Below the pieces are notes generated by a model that ran no database searches, was not told where the DNA came from, and worked only from the letters and a program-made list of their open reading frames with translations. From Eledone cirrhosa (lineage: Eukaryota), in contig CAXHJY010000769.1 in the NCBI GenBank assembly GCA_964016885.1, positions 62,001 to 126,000 of the forward strand: a stretch of 64,000 nt of DNA, read 5' to 3'. Positions 42,515-55,489 of this stretch are shown piece after piece (the stretch's first letter is position 1; each line of letters opens with the position of its first letter). Position numbers and translations under genes: made by a program.

Positions 42515-43038
42515 CTAGACCACCCATGACCTGTTGGGTCACGTTAACTTCAAAATATTAAAAAAAAAAATCATGTTCACTTAAAAATTATTTTTAAATA
42601 ATTAAAATATACAGATATGTATATAATGTGAAATGAAATTGGAAGGCCCATATCTATATGTGTGTGTCTGTGATCTATATACACTAGTCATAGACACACA
42701 CACACACTCACATATATATATACACAACACCACCAGTTCTCTCGCGTCCATTCTCCTTCTCTGTCTCCTCTCCCCCTCTCTATGTCTTTCTATCAATCTA
42801 CTCTGTCACAACCACAATCTCTTCCTCTCTATCTTTCTCTCTCTCTGTTTATGAAGGTACCTGGAAAAACCCCATATCTCGGGAACCCGTGCTTCGATTT
42901 ACGCAAAACTTGTTTTATTCCATTTGTATTCCCATTTCAGGGACAACTTCTTTTCAAAGTATTTTCCTATTACGCTCCCTTTTGGCTGTATTACATTATA
43001 GACAACCAAACAAGCACAGAGTTTTAGTAATATATAGA
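42515..43038 (-). mobile_element. Non-autonomous Helitron (Lep1-like layout)
   Basis: On the minus strand it starts A|TCTATATATTACTAAAAC and ends ...GTGACCCAACAGGTCATGGGTGGTCTAG|T. This gives a 5' TC, a 3' CTAG, an A/T insertion site, a subterminal TGACC/GGTCA hairpin, internal CA/CT microsatellites and no TSD. Confidence 0.7.
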
Positions 43039-43106
43039 TAATAGTTTTAGTAAATCTTTAAAAATTCTTCAATAAGGTTTATCAGATAAAGAATTCTACA
43101 CACTAC

Positions 43107-43270
43107 CATTTGCATACACATTCGTCCAATGGGAGGCTGTTTTTTGGAACACATCTTGCGCTTCTTTATATTGCCTTGCAACTACAGCATCTTGAGGATC
43201 ATCCGGTTCAGCAGCTGCTAGTAAGGCTTGAAGTGATAATAGAACTGTTCGAAGGGTCATGGCAGCAGCC
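43107..43270 (-). CDS. UBE2K: UBE2K (E2-25K/HIP2) ubiquitin-conjugating enzyme, internal exon: (W)AAAMTLRTVLLSLQALLAAAEPDDPQDAVVARQYKEAQDVFQKTASHWTNVYAN(G)
   Basis: Near-identical to residues ~100-154 of metazoan UBE2K. The acceptor TTTTTTAACAG has its AG at 43272-43271, and the first G completes TG|G = Trp with the upstream exon. The donor is assumed at G|GTAGTG (43107/43106); if unspliced, the frame stops at TAG 43098-43096. Confidence 0.93.
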
Positions 43271-43654
43271 CTGTTAAAAAATAAAAAAAATTTTAAATTA
43301 AAAAGAAAGAAGAAAAACATAAATTAATTTCAAAAAGGAAAGAGTAGAAACCCTAGAAGAGAACAGATACTTATAGAGGTACTTATAAATCATTCTAATA
43401 CCAACCTGCCCAAAACTGGCTCTGCCTCTAAGAAACAAAACCACTGATTTAAAAAGGGTCCACTTTAAATTAAAACCTCCCAATATAATTTGATATAAGA
43501 ACCGTTTGTTAATTAATTGAAATAGTGTTAACATCATAATCAGGTATCATCTGTTTCAGCAGCGGTTGAATATCATGGATCGCGCTAATGCTATCCAGGT
43601 AAACAATGAGTGTGTTCATTGAAGGTGGGGTGAGGGTCAGGGGACAAACCTCAT

Positions 43655-43940
43655 GGATGAGATAAGAAGTTTGCTTCGCTATCATGAATCAAGGGTTTGA
43701 TTCCACGACAAGGCCTCTTGGGTGATTGCTTTTTTTTTTATTACTAAGAATGCCTTGGGTCAACTCAAGTGAAATTAGGTTGATGGAAACTGTAGATGGA
43801 CTCTACCTGTAATTCAAAGCCTTGTCACATTGTGCCACACTCAGCTATTTTGCACGTTAATTCAGCAAGTAAGTTATTCAGTTGATCCAACAGCTAGAGG
43901 CTCATATGTTGTTTGCAACGGGAGAGTCCATCACTGCCAC
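43655..43940 (+). mobile_element. tRNA-derived SINE with Ceph-SINE-like 3' domain
   Basis: Head ...AAGAAGTTTGCTTCGCTATCATGAATCAAGGGTTTGATTCCACG, then CAAAGCCTTGTCACATTGTG...TTGCACGTTAATTCAGCAAG...GTTGATC, recognised as a cephalopod SINE motif from memory. Confidence 0.5.
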
Positions 43941-44517
43941 GTTGTGGAGCTCTCAATTTAAACTCAAAATACAAGAAGCTGGAACAAATACCTTAAAGCA
44001 TTCCCTCAAGCACTCTAACAAGTTCATTAGTACACTCCCTAGACTGGGTACTCTATTGACCCCTTATGCATGAAAGACAAAGTTGACATACCACATATGT
44101 CAAAATTTGGCCTTCCCACAAACCATTTCTAAGTCATTCAACATATATTTACAACTTCTTTTTTAGAATCAAATACTATTTCATTAAAGTTAATTGTTTT
44201 AATGAAAAATATTTATCTCCATACAAGAGAAAATATTTCAACATTGGTCACATGGTATTAATTTTTACATAATTTTGAAAGATGAAACATATATATACAC
44301 ACATTCAACACAAGTGTTTTAAGGCCACATTCTCAACTAAACCAGAGGTTAGCCTTGAGGATCCCATGACAGGCTTAATAATGTCCATGATAGGGGCTTT
44401 TTGAGGCAATGTTTTACAGCCAGATACTCTTCCTAGTGGCAACCCTTTTAGCCATCGCGGCTTACCAACAGTAGTCATATTCTAAATAGAGATACACGCG
44501 TATGTGTGTATATAACC

Positions 44518-45625
44518 ACCATCACCATTTAGCATCTATTTTTCCAGACAGGTTGTCACATTAAGGGAAAATGTTACGTCAGATAAGCCACATCTTGCTC
44601 ATACGGATCTGTATTTTGGATACCCTTCCTAACACCAATCAGGTTACAGTGTGGACTGGTTGCTTTTTATTGTGGCAATAAAATGACCACCTTACATGGA
44701 CTGGGTGCTTTTCTTGTGGTACTAGATCAGCATAGAAGGTGATCTTAGTGTTTTTAGTCGTAGCAACAACATTGTGAGAGATCAGATGTAGAGCATGTTC
44801 AGCTTTCATGTTTGTATGTATGAATTGGGCAGAAGAGGTGTATTTTATGTGTGTGGGTGTATGGGGGGGGGGGGGGGGGCAAACAGGCAAGTTTGACACG
44901 AACAAGGTGAATGGGATATTTAGTTGGTGAGTACAGGGTGAAGAGAAGATTGGTGCAGACCAGTGTTTCTACATGTTTCTTTAACTCTGTGCATATGGGA
45001 AGGGGGGTCTTCTAGAGTACAGCATAATGCCAGAAATCTCAATCCTGTGTCATCTCCTTTGTGGGGTTTGATTGGACAAGGTCAGCTTTTATCACTTCAT
45101 CCCAAGCTTTCCTAGATCTTCCTCTTTCACAGTTTCTGGCAAATTTGAGCACCCTGCACTTTTTTTATACAGCTGTCATCTTCCATATGCATCACATGTC
45201 CATACAACCACAATCTCCTCTCCTATATACTTCATCTGACCCTTCATGTGCCTAGTTTCTTTCTCGGTTCACAGATTCTTTGTTGTTCATGCACATTTAC
45301 TATTACACATCTATTGAAGCATGCAAGCTTCATTTCTTTCTAATCTTTGTAAGTCCTCTGTCCAGGTCTTACTTCCATGCAACATTACTGTTTGTACACA
45401 AGCATTATTCAATCTGCCTTTCATTTTTAGGGAAAAACCTGTTGTAGCCAGCAGAGTTAGTAGCTCCCTGAACTTTTTCCATCCAGTTCTTGCTGTGGCT
45501 ACTGTACTTTCAGAACACCCACCTTCTTTGCTAATTTGGTCACCCAGGTAGCAGAAGTTATCAACTACTTCTACAGAACCCTCAGAGCATTTAAAGGAGC
45601 TTGTTTCCTGTGAGCAATTGCTGCT
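44518..45625 (-). mobile_element. Older, 5'-truncated RTE LINE (ORF2 3' end plus 3' UTR)
   Basis: 45060-45600 is homologous to 48150-48680 and 62640-63170 (antisense ORF MQASFLSNL...SLPCNITVCTQA...REKP...LNFFHPV...SEHPP). Tail subrepeats and a CATCACCAT end lie at 44518-44720. Confidence 0.8.
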
Positions 45626-45705
45626 TTAGTATTGACAGGAGTGAGAATGAATACTGAATACCATAGTAAGGATTAATAGTTTTATTAACTTTGTGTCACA
45701 ATCAA

Positions 45706-45748
45706 GTTACTCCAGAGTTTCTGCTGAATGTTTACAGGGTCATCAGAC
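45706..45748 (-). ncRNA. Degenerate minimal (type I) hammerhead-ribozyme-like motif, Penelope-type
   Basis: The minus strand reads GT-CTGATGA-CCCTGTAAACATTCAGCA-GAAA-CTCTGGAG-TA-AC. Core boxes are intact and stem III CTC/GAG is near-palindromic (ACTCTGGAGT) with a GUA triplet. Stem II lacks a canonical closing pair and stem I is only 2 bp. Confidence 0.4.
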
Positions 45749-45879
45749 AGTTTTGCTGAAACCTGGAGTAATTAAACACTGCCTTGACTTTAATAAGATT
45801 ATATATATTTCAAAATGCCAAACTGATGAGAGACAAGATGAAAGACAAAATAAAAAAAAATAAAAAGAACAGTACATAC

Positions 45880-45962
45880 CATTGGTCTTTAAGTATATCT
45901 AAACATACAGCTCCTGTTACAGAACTAATATTAGGATGCCAAATTCTGGTGACAAACCGTAT
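45880..45962 (-). CDS. UBE2K: UBE2K internal exon with the catalytic site: [27 protein letters not shown](W)
   Basis: 83-bp exon. Acceptor TTCTTTATCAG (AG at 45964-45963), donor TG|GTATGT (GT at 45879-45878). It carries the HPN motif and catalytic Cys (codon 45905-45903), and its phase 2 end joins in frame to the 43270 exon. Confidence 0.96.
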
Positions 45963-46479
45963 CTGATAAAGAAACAAATATATACATGTATAAATCACTG
46001 AGATGTATTTCTAACACTTTGTACACAGATGATAAAAAATAAATAAAAAGAAATTTCAATTTAAAGTTGTTACAGTTCACACCTATGTAAGTTTAGCTGG
46101 TCCCCAAAGAGGTTGTATTTCATAGGAGGTTTGTCAGGTGTTTTAATAAGAGCCCCAATCATGTGTGTGTGTGTGTGTGTGTGTGTGTACACGTTTTGTT
46201 ATAACTCATACCTACGTAAATTAGATAGACTCTTATGAGATTTCTTGAGAGTTTTAATGATAGGGGCCCTAGTCATGTGTGTGTGCTTTGTTATTACAGC
46301 TCAAACATATGTAGTTTTAGCAGGCTGCCTATGAGGTCACATCTCATAGAAGGTATCTTGGGTGTTCCCCAGTTCTATCATGAAATGAAGCCACCCAAAG
46401 AATAAGACTCACCCATAAACACAATTCAAAGTGCAGAAACAAATACAAGGCATATCATCCAATGCCCCCAAAATACTAC

Positions 46480-46610
46480 CTATCATGGATTGGTGCTTTA
46501 TTTCATTGACACTAAAAGGATGAAAAGCAAAGTTGGCCTCTGTGAGATTTGAATTAAAAACGTAGTTGCTAGATTAAATACCATAAGGTATTTTGTCCTA
46601 TGTTCTATTG
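46480..46610 (-). mobile_element. Degenerate SINE, same family as 41304-41406 and 60257-60459
   Basis: TTTCATTGACACTAAAAGGATGAAAAGCAAAGTTGGCCTCTGTGAGATTTGAA is the reverse complement of the TTTGCCTTTCATCC...TCGATAAAATAA motif. Confidence 0.55.
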
Positions 46611-47080
46611 ACCCTAGAAATATGTAGACAAATTATATAGTTTTAAAGCAAGTTGGACATGAGTAACTCATAAAAATCCTGAATTTATTATTGATGGATG
46701 TGTATATATGTTTTTTACCAACATTATTAATTTCATTTGGAGAAAAGATTCTAAAATTAAACCTTTATTTAATTTCTAAAACAATAGAATGCATATAATT
46801 AAATTGCACTAAAAATACCATATATACTCGTACCTAAGTCACTCAGTTTCCATAAAACATGTGGAAAACCAGCCTACTACATCTATCAGTATATCACTCT
46901 CACCTTCTAATGTGCACTTGATTATGCAACTGCAATAGGCAGTGAGTGCATTGGAAACCTTGTGGTCTGGGTGATTATTAATTAATTACCTTTTGCGTTG
47001 TTCATGTATCATTATCTTCCCACTATATCTAACAAGTTCACTATGATTAAAAAATATTCATTGATTCATTGAGCAAATGA

Positions 47081-49491
<2,411 letters not shown>

Positions 49492-49621
49492 ATACTTTGG
49501 GAGGGTCATGTTGGCAATAAGAAACACACACACCAGTTGCTTTCACTTCAATTTATTATAATAAATTTATAAATTTCTGGTTGGTTGGTTGGTTCCACAA
49601 CCAGATAGTTGTTTATATATT

Positions 49622-49664
49622 GTCATAGTTCTTTCGTCACACACTCTGTGACCGCTTCAGCGAC
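49622..49664 (-). ncRNA. Mirror copy of the hammerhead motif with core substitution (CUGAAGC)
   Basis: The minus strand reads GTCG-CTGAAGC-G-GTCACA-GAGTG-TGTGAC-GAAA-GAAC-TA-TGAC. It differs from the + copy by A9->C in the core and a G-U pair in stem I. Confidence 0.55.
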
Positions 49665-49800
49665 TGGGTATTCCTTTCTTTGTTTTTGTGCCTCTCCTTT
49701 GTTCTGTCCTACGCCATTTTGTTTCTGTGTGTGTGTTGTGTGCACACAAAATGGCGTAGGACAGAACAAAGGAGAGGCACAAAAACAAAAGGAATCCCCA

Positions 49801-49843
49801 GTCACTGAAGAGGTCACAGAGTGTGTGACGAAAGAACTATGAC
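49801..49843 (+). ncRNA. Minimal type I hammerhead-ribozyme motif (Penelope pLTR type)
   Basis: GTCA-CTGAAGA-G-GTCACA-GAGTG-TGTGAC-GAAA-GAAC-TA-TGAC: stem I GTCA/TGAC, core CUGANGA plus one extra nt, 6-bp stem II, GAAA, short stem III (A-U, G-C) and a CUA cleavage triplet (predicted cut after 49839). Confidence 0.65.
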
Positions 49844-50072
49844 AATATATAAACAACTATCTGGTTGTGGAACCAACCAACCAACCAGAAATTTATAAAT
49901 TTATAAATTTATTATAAATTTATTATAATAAATTGAAGTGAAAGCAACTGGTGCGTGTGTTTCTTATTGGCAACATGACCCTCCCAAAGTATAACAATAT
50001 CGGTTTCAACACACGATTTCAGATAAAGAATCTTGCTAAACAAATTCAGAAACGAAATATATATATATATGT

Positions 50073-52825
50073 ATGTAAGCACAATGAAAGGAAGAGGAGG
50101 AGAAATCATAGAGATGCTAGAGTGAAAGGAAATTGATGTATGCTGTGTGCAAGAGACTAGATTGAGAGGAGAGTCTGCTAGAGTCCTTGTAGGCAAAAAT
50201 CAGTGCTACAAATTTATCTGGGTGGGAAATGACAATGGGATGGGTGTTGTAGGTATTCTACTAGTTGACAAGTGGGTAGATAAGGTAATCTCAGTGAACA
50301 GGGTGAATGTAAGAATCATTAAACTCAGACTAGTCCTGAATGAAACAATTACCACAATAATATCAGCTTAGGCACCCCAATCGGGGTTGCCAGACGAACT
50401 TAAGGATAGGTTTTACGAGTCCCTAATGCACACTACTGCTCTAACAAATGACAATGACTTCCTAATCATTGCAGGAGATTTTGCATTCTAGTCAGATAGA
50501 TTTTGTAAACACAAAAGCCTTCCCTAGTGAGGAATGTACCTCCCAACATAGCTTAGTTGTCAGCGACCTCACGGTCAGAACTAGACGAAACTGGAAACAG
50601 AGGCTAACCTGGAGAAGAAAGATCTGGAAGCTGAAAGACCCCTCAGCCAGTAACAGATTTAAAGATATTTTACTCAACGCCTATGACAGTAAAGGAGAAC
50701 AGATAGAGACATTCAATGTAGAAGAGCACTGGGAGTTCCTAAAAAATAACTTACTAGAGGCGACGGATGAGATCTGTGGCTGGAGTAAGACCACAGGCAA
50801 GAGGAGAGTGACTTGGTGGTGGAACAATAAGGTAGATGAAGCAGTTAAGGCCAAAAGACAGGCATGGAAAGAATGGAAGAACGGGGGAAGCAGGGTACAT
50901 TAAATAGAGACCAGGAGGGAAGTTAGGCGACAAGTATACTTAGCTAGGAGGGAAGCAGAGGATAGAAAATTCAAGCATGTTTTGCAACGTGAGGACCAGA
51001 AACAGGAGGTGTTCAAGATTGCGAGGCAGTGTGTCAGAGAGAATTGTGATGTCATTGGAGAGAAGTGTATCCGGAATGATAAAGGTGAGCTTGCCCTCAC
51101 AAGTGCTGAGAAGAAAGATGCGTGGAAGAGCCATTATGATCGATTACTAAATGAGGAGAATGCATGGGAAGAAGAGACCCTACCCCAAGTAGATCCTATA
51201 GAGGGGCCAGCAGTACAAGTCAGCAGCAGCGTAGTAAGTAAGGCAATCAAAGATATGAAGATGGGGAAGGCAACCGGTCCATCAGGTATAGCTGCCGAGA
51301 TGCTGAAGGCATCTGGGTCGGTAGGTCACACTATAACCACACGTATTGTTAACCAGGTAATATTAGAAATTGCCATACCGAAGGATTGGTGCAGTAGCAT
51401 CATTGTCACCTACTACAAAGGTAAAGGTGATGTACTAGATAGAGGAAACTATAGAGGTATAAAGCTGATGGACGAGGTCATGAAAGTAACAAAAACAGTT
51501 ATAGCACAGTTGATTAGGGATCGGGTGAAACTAGATGAGATGCAATTTGGGTTTGTACCAGGAAGAGGCACCACTGATGCCCTCTTCCTTGTGAGGCAGT
51601 TACAGGAAAAGTACCTAGCTAAAAGTAAGCCACTCTACCTGGCATTCGTCGATCTCGAGAAAGCTTTTGACAGAATTCTGGTGGGCTCTTAGAAAAATAG
51701 GAGTATATGAATGGCTTGTGAAAGCTGTACAAGCTATGTATAGGGGACCAGTCAGCAAAGTTAGGATTAGCAATGAGTATAGCGAGGAATTTAGCGTACA
51801 GGTTGGTGGCCACCAGGGCTCTGTTCTTAGCCCTCTCCTGTTCATCATAGTCCTGCAGGCAATAACGGAGGAGTTTAAGACCGGATGCCCATGGGAACTC
51901 CTGTATGCAGATGACCTCGCACTTATAGCTGAATCTATGGTAGAACTAGAGAAGAAATTCCAAACTTGGAAGCAGGGACTAGAAAGAAAGGGTCTCAAAG
52001 TCAACATGACAAAGACCAAGGTCCTTGTAAGTAGACTAGAAAACAGAACCCAGATCCCCTCAGGGAAATGGCCTTGCTCAGTATGTAGGAAAGGTGTAGG
52101 TAGGAACTCCATTCTCTGCCCCAAATGCAAACAATGGGTACACAAGAGATGTAGCGGGATCTCAGGAAGCTTAATTAAGAATGTAGGCTTCACATGTAGC
52201 AGCTGCGCTGGGACAGCAAGCAGCAAACAGCCACAGGAAACAAGTACCACCAAACTCTGGGAGGGCTCTGTAGAAACAGTAGACAGCTTCTGCTACCTAG
52301 GTGACCGAATTAGCAGCGGAGGTGGGTGTTCAGAAAGTACAATAACTAGAGTAAGAATGGGATAGAAGAAGTTCAGGGAACTACTGCCAATGCTAGCTGC
52401 AAAAGGCTTCTCCCTCAAAATGAAAGGCTGACTGTATGATGTGTGTATATGAACAGCAATGTTACATGGTAGTGAGACCTGGGCGCTGAAGGTGGAAGAC
52501 TTACGGGAAAGCATAAATGAATTGAGAGAGAGACTGAGCATAAGAGGAATCAAATGCTAACAATATGCCCCCACACTCTCCCACTGCAAAAAAGCACCCA
52601 GCCCACACTGTAAAGTGGACGTGTAGGCACCACGGAAAAAAGCATCCAGCACTCACTGTAAATGAAGTTGGTGTTAGGAAGGGCATCCAGCTGTAGAAAT
52701 CAAGCCAAAATCAGTTCCTGTATGAGCAAGACAAGGTCAGCCAACCAGACACTGCCCACAACAGGACAACCCGTCTAACCCATGCTAGCGTGGAAGAACG
52801 GACATAAAACGGTGATGATGATGAT
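50073..52825 (+). mobile_element. Near full-length but disrupted RTE-clade LINE (APE endonuclease, RT, PHD-like finger, 3' UTR, (GAT)n)
   Basis: APE motifs VSTMKGRGGEI, IDVCCVQETR, GVVGILL, IISA*APQ, IAGDF and QHSLVVSD; TWWWN; RT motifs NYRGIKL, MQFGFVPGRGTTDA, FVDLEKAFDR, HQGSVLSPLLF, LYADDL and FCYLGD. Multiple stops, frameshifts and deletions. Flanked by TA tracts. Confidence 0.95.
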
Positions 52826-53674
52826 ATATATATATATATATATATAGATAGTGTAAGAGGCACTTTTTCTCATGTAAATTCATAAAAAAACAACAAGTAA
52901 AAATGACTTATCAACTGACCCTACAGAACCTCAAGTCAAAATATATGGTACATTGTACATGTATATAAAATGGAGGTGTGTGCAATTATTATTGTTTCAC
53001 ATCTATGTTCGTTCTTGCAAGGGTTAGAGGGGCTGTCGTGTTCTATGGCTAGACAAGCATATCAGACGACTGTGGTCTTTCTTGCATGATTTCTATGGCT
53101 AAATGATCTTCACAATATCGGGGTTGATTTCTTGGGGAACCAGCATTACCACCTTAATGAGTAGGCTGGACATCGAGTGCATTTTATTGTGGAACCAGTA
53201 TTACTGCATTTCAACACAAGAACGCTTGTAGTATCCTTGGCCCAGTTGAGAAAACAGTGACAGAGAGTGTGTGTGTGTGGATGGAGGGCTTAGTGAGTAA
53301 TGTCTGGCAGTATTGTGGTTGAGCCTGGCTTTCCATACTGGCCTAATTGGACAAGAAGGGGAAAACATTTGGCAGTAAGTTGTGGAGAAATAGAAGTGTT
53401 GGGTGGTCTAGGAGAGGAGAGAAAGAGAGAGCTGTATCTGACAGTACAGTGAAATTGATTTCACCTTTGGGTAGGAATCAGGGATGAGAATGGGGGGTAG
53501 ATTAGATGGGTGGGGGAATGACTTTGGTGAGGAGAATAAATAGTGAGGAAGAAGTGATGAAAAGGGCAGCCTAAGTGTTCTTACATCTTTCAGTCATCCT
53601 CCCCAGGTTAATTTCATCTCACTCTGTGCATATTGCCAGGTTAACCCGTGACATCTCTGAGGAGTTCGACTGTA

Positions 53675-53705
<31 letters not shown>

Positions 53706-54231
53706 CAGCAACAACATCCTCATCATTGTTTAACGTTTATTTTACATACTTGCATAGGTTACATGGATGTCACATACTGAGGTTAGACTGGACAGGTGGC
53801 CATGTGCACTCTGTTTCTAGTTTGGTCTCTATGGCTGAATACCCTTCCTAATACCAACCACTTTACAACATATACTGGAAGCATTTTATTGTGACTCTTA
53901 CAAGGTGTACTGGGTGCTGTTTATTGTGATTCTAGCACTTCTGCTTAGACAGTGGGTTGGTGCATTTTATGATGGCACCAGCACTACCTTATCACAACAC
54001 AAGAGTGCTCATTGTGTCATTGGCCAAGTTGGAGAGGCAGTGATAGGAGTAGAAGTGGAAGAATGAGAGGGACGGGTGACAGGCTATAGGCTGCTTGCTT
54101 GGGAGAAGGAAGGGGCTCATCCCACCATGGGAGAAGCAGCATGGATTGAAGGAACTAGCCTTGAAAAGAGTAAGTTGCCTCTGGCAGCATACTGTGCGGT
54201 GTGCCATGCTGGAATGGGTTGAACAAGGAGA

Positions 54232-54545
54232 GTGTGTCAGTTAGCTAGAACTCAACAATATCCCTACATCTCTTTGCCAGACACTTAGAATCAACTTTAC
54301 CAGAGAGGCTTAACAAGGAGATCCCTCTATAATGCGATTAGAATATCTGAGGAAAAAATCACTGGACAGATTTTTCAGGCAAAACCAACCAGCAGGAGGC
54401 CCAGAGGTAAATCTGAACAAAATGGTTGGATGACATGCATGAGTTCAGCTGATCTCGCTTGGGGATACAGCTGCTTCTGATAGAACCCGCTGGAAGGTGT
54501 GTTTGGGGACTCTGCCTCCATGACTCTTCCAAGAATAAGTGGGAA
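54232..54545. mobile_element. Short RTE-type insertion made of an inverted RT fragment fused to a forward 3' end
   Basis: Minus 54334->54232 reads HYRGISLLSLSGKVDSKCLAKRCRDIVEF*LTDT (RT N-terminal region). Plus from 54337 reads IRISEEKITGQIFQAKPTSRRPRGK.../WLDDMHEFS*SRLGIQ (ORF2 C-terminus). Confidence 0.6.
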
Positions 54546-55028
54546 GAAAAGGAGTAGACGACTGCTCTGTCTCTCTCTGACACATACAAATATTTCAAAA
54601 GTTCTTAACCTTTTCCATAAAGCATATAATCTGTCACTACAACACCCTTAAAAAAGGGAAGGGAGGAAGACAGTAATCTAAATGATAGTAGTATCTTTTG
54701 GGAGGTAACCAATTTGTGTACTCAAGTTGCAATATCTAAGCTATATATATATATCATCCTCATTCATTTTACGTCCGCTTTTCTTTGCTTTATAAGATAA
54801 AATAGCTTTGTTCCACAGATACTAGCAAACAAAATGCAGTTTCAAGATACAATATACTACTAAGATTCTCTGCTAACTAATGCACTACACAACTATCAAT
54901 AGCATATCAAGAAAAAAACAAAACAAAGAGAAAACATTCTCCATAGCAGACATTCTTTTGATGCATGGTGATTTCTCTCTGTTCATGTAAATAAATCAAC
55001 CATCTTACTTGGAGCAACTATTCCTTTT

Positions 55029-55472
55029 TTAACCCTTTTGATACCAAACCATCTAAAACAGTCTCTGCTTCTACAACACAAGATTTTACTTTAGCCCTAT
55101 AGCATTTACATTACTCTATATAAACTATTGTATTTTCACAGTAAAGGCTTTACCGCACATAATATCGAATCTATGAGATTTTGATATCTATTTTGAGAAC
55201 AATATCTTAACATCAGTATGAGTGGCCTGTTACAGCCTGTTTGAACAGAAAGAGGTGAGAGAATTCTGGCTGGATATGGCTGGTTTAAATGTTAAAGGGT
55301 TAAAGTATTTATATTTATCTTAATATCTTCAATCATAATTTTATGTAAAAACTTTTGTTAAATTATGTTCCAAAACACTAGATAATAAGGTTAGTTATAT
55401 TTTTGAATTCCTGCAAATTCTTGATTATTTTCAAAATTATTTGACATTAGAAACATTATAATGAAAGGCTAA
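55029..55472. mobile_element. AT-rich piggyBac-type MITE containing a nested second piggyBac-type MITE (55095-55299)
   Basis: The outer element starts TTAA|CCCTTTTGATACC, and related copies lie near 41430-41660, 42020-42240, 43395-43530 and 60200-60567. The inner TIRs are CCCTATAGCATTTA / TAAATGTTAAAGGG (12/14) with TTAG/TTAA flanks. Confidence 0.6.
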
Positions 55473-55489
55473 GTTATATTATGTCGAGC

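Noticed and set aside
43096-45998. ORF-track N-terminal extensions of the UBE2K exons (MFFFFLFNLK..., [12 protein letters not shown]...) and a processed-pseudogene reading
   Set aside because: The extensions are translated polypyrimidine tracts. Canonical AG/GT boundaries with matching phase show a normal spliced gene.
49609-49856. Twin 77-aa ORFs on opposite strands as a gene pair
   Set aside because: They are a direct consequence of the DNA palindrome, have non-ATG starts and show no protein features.
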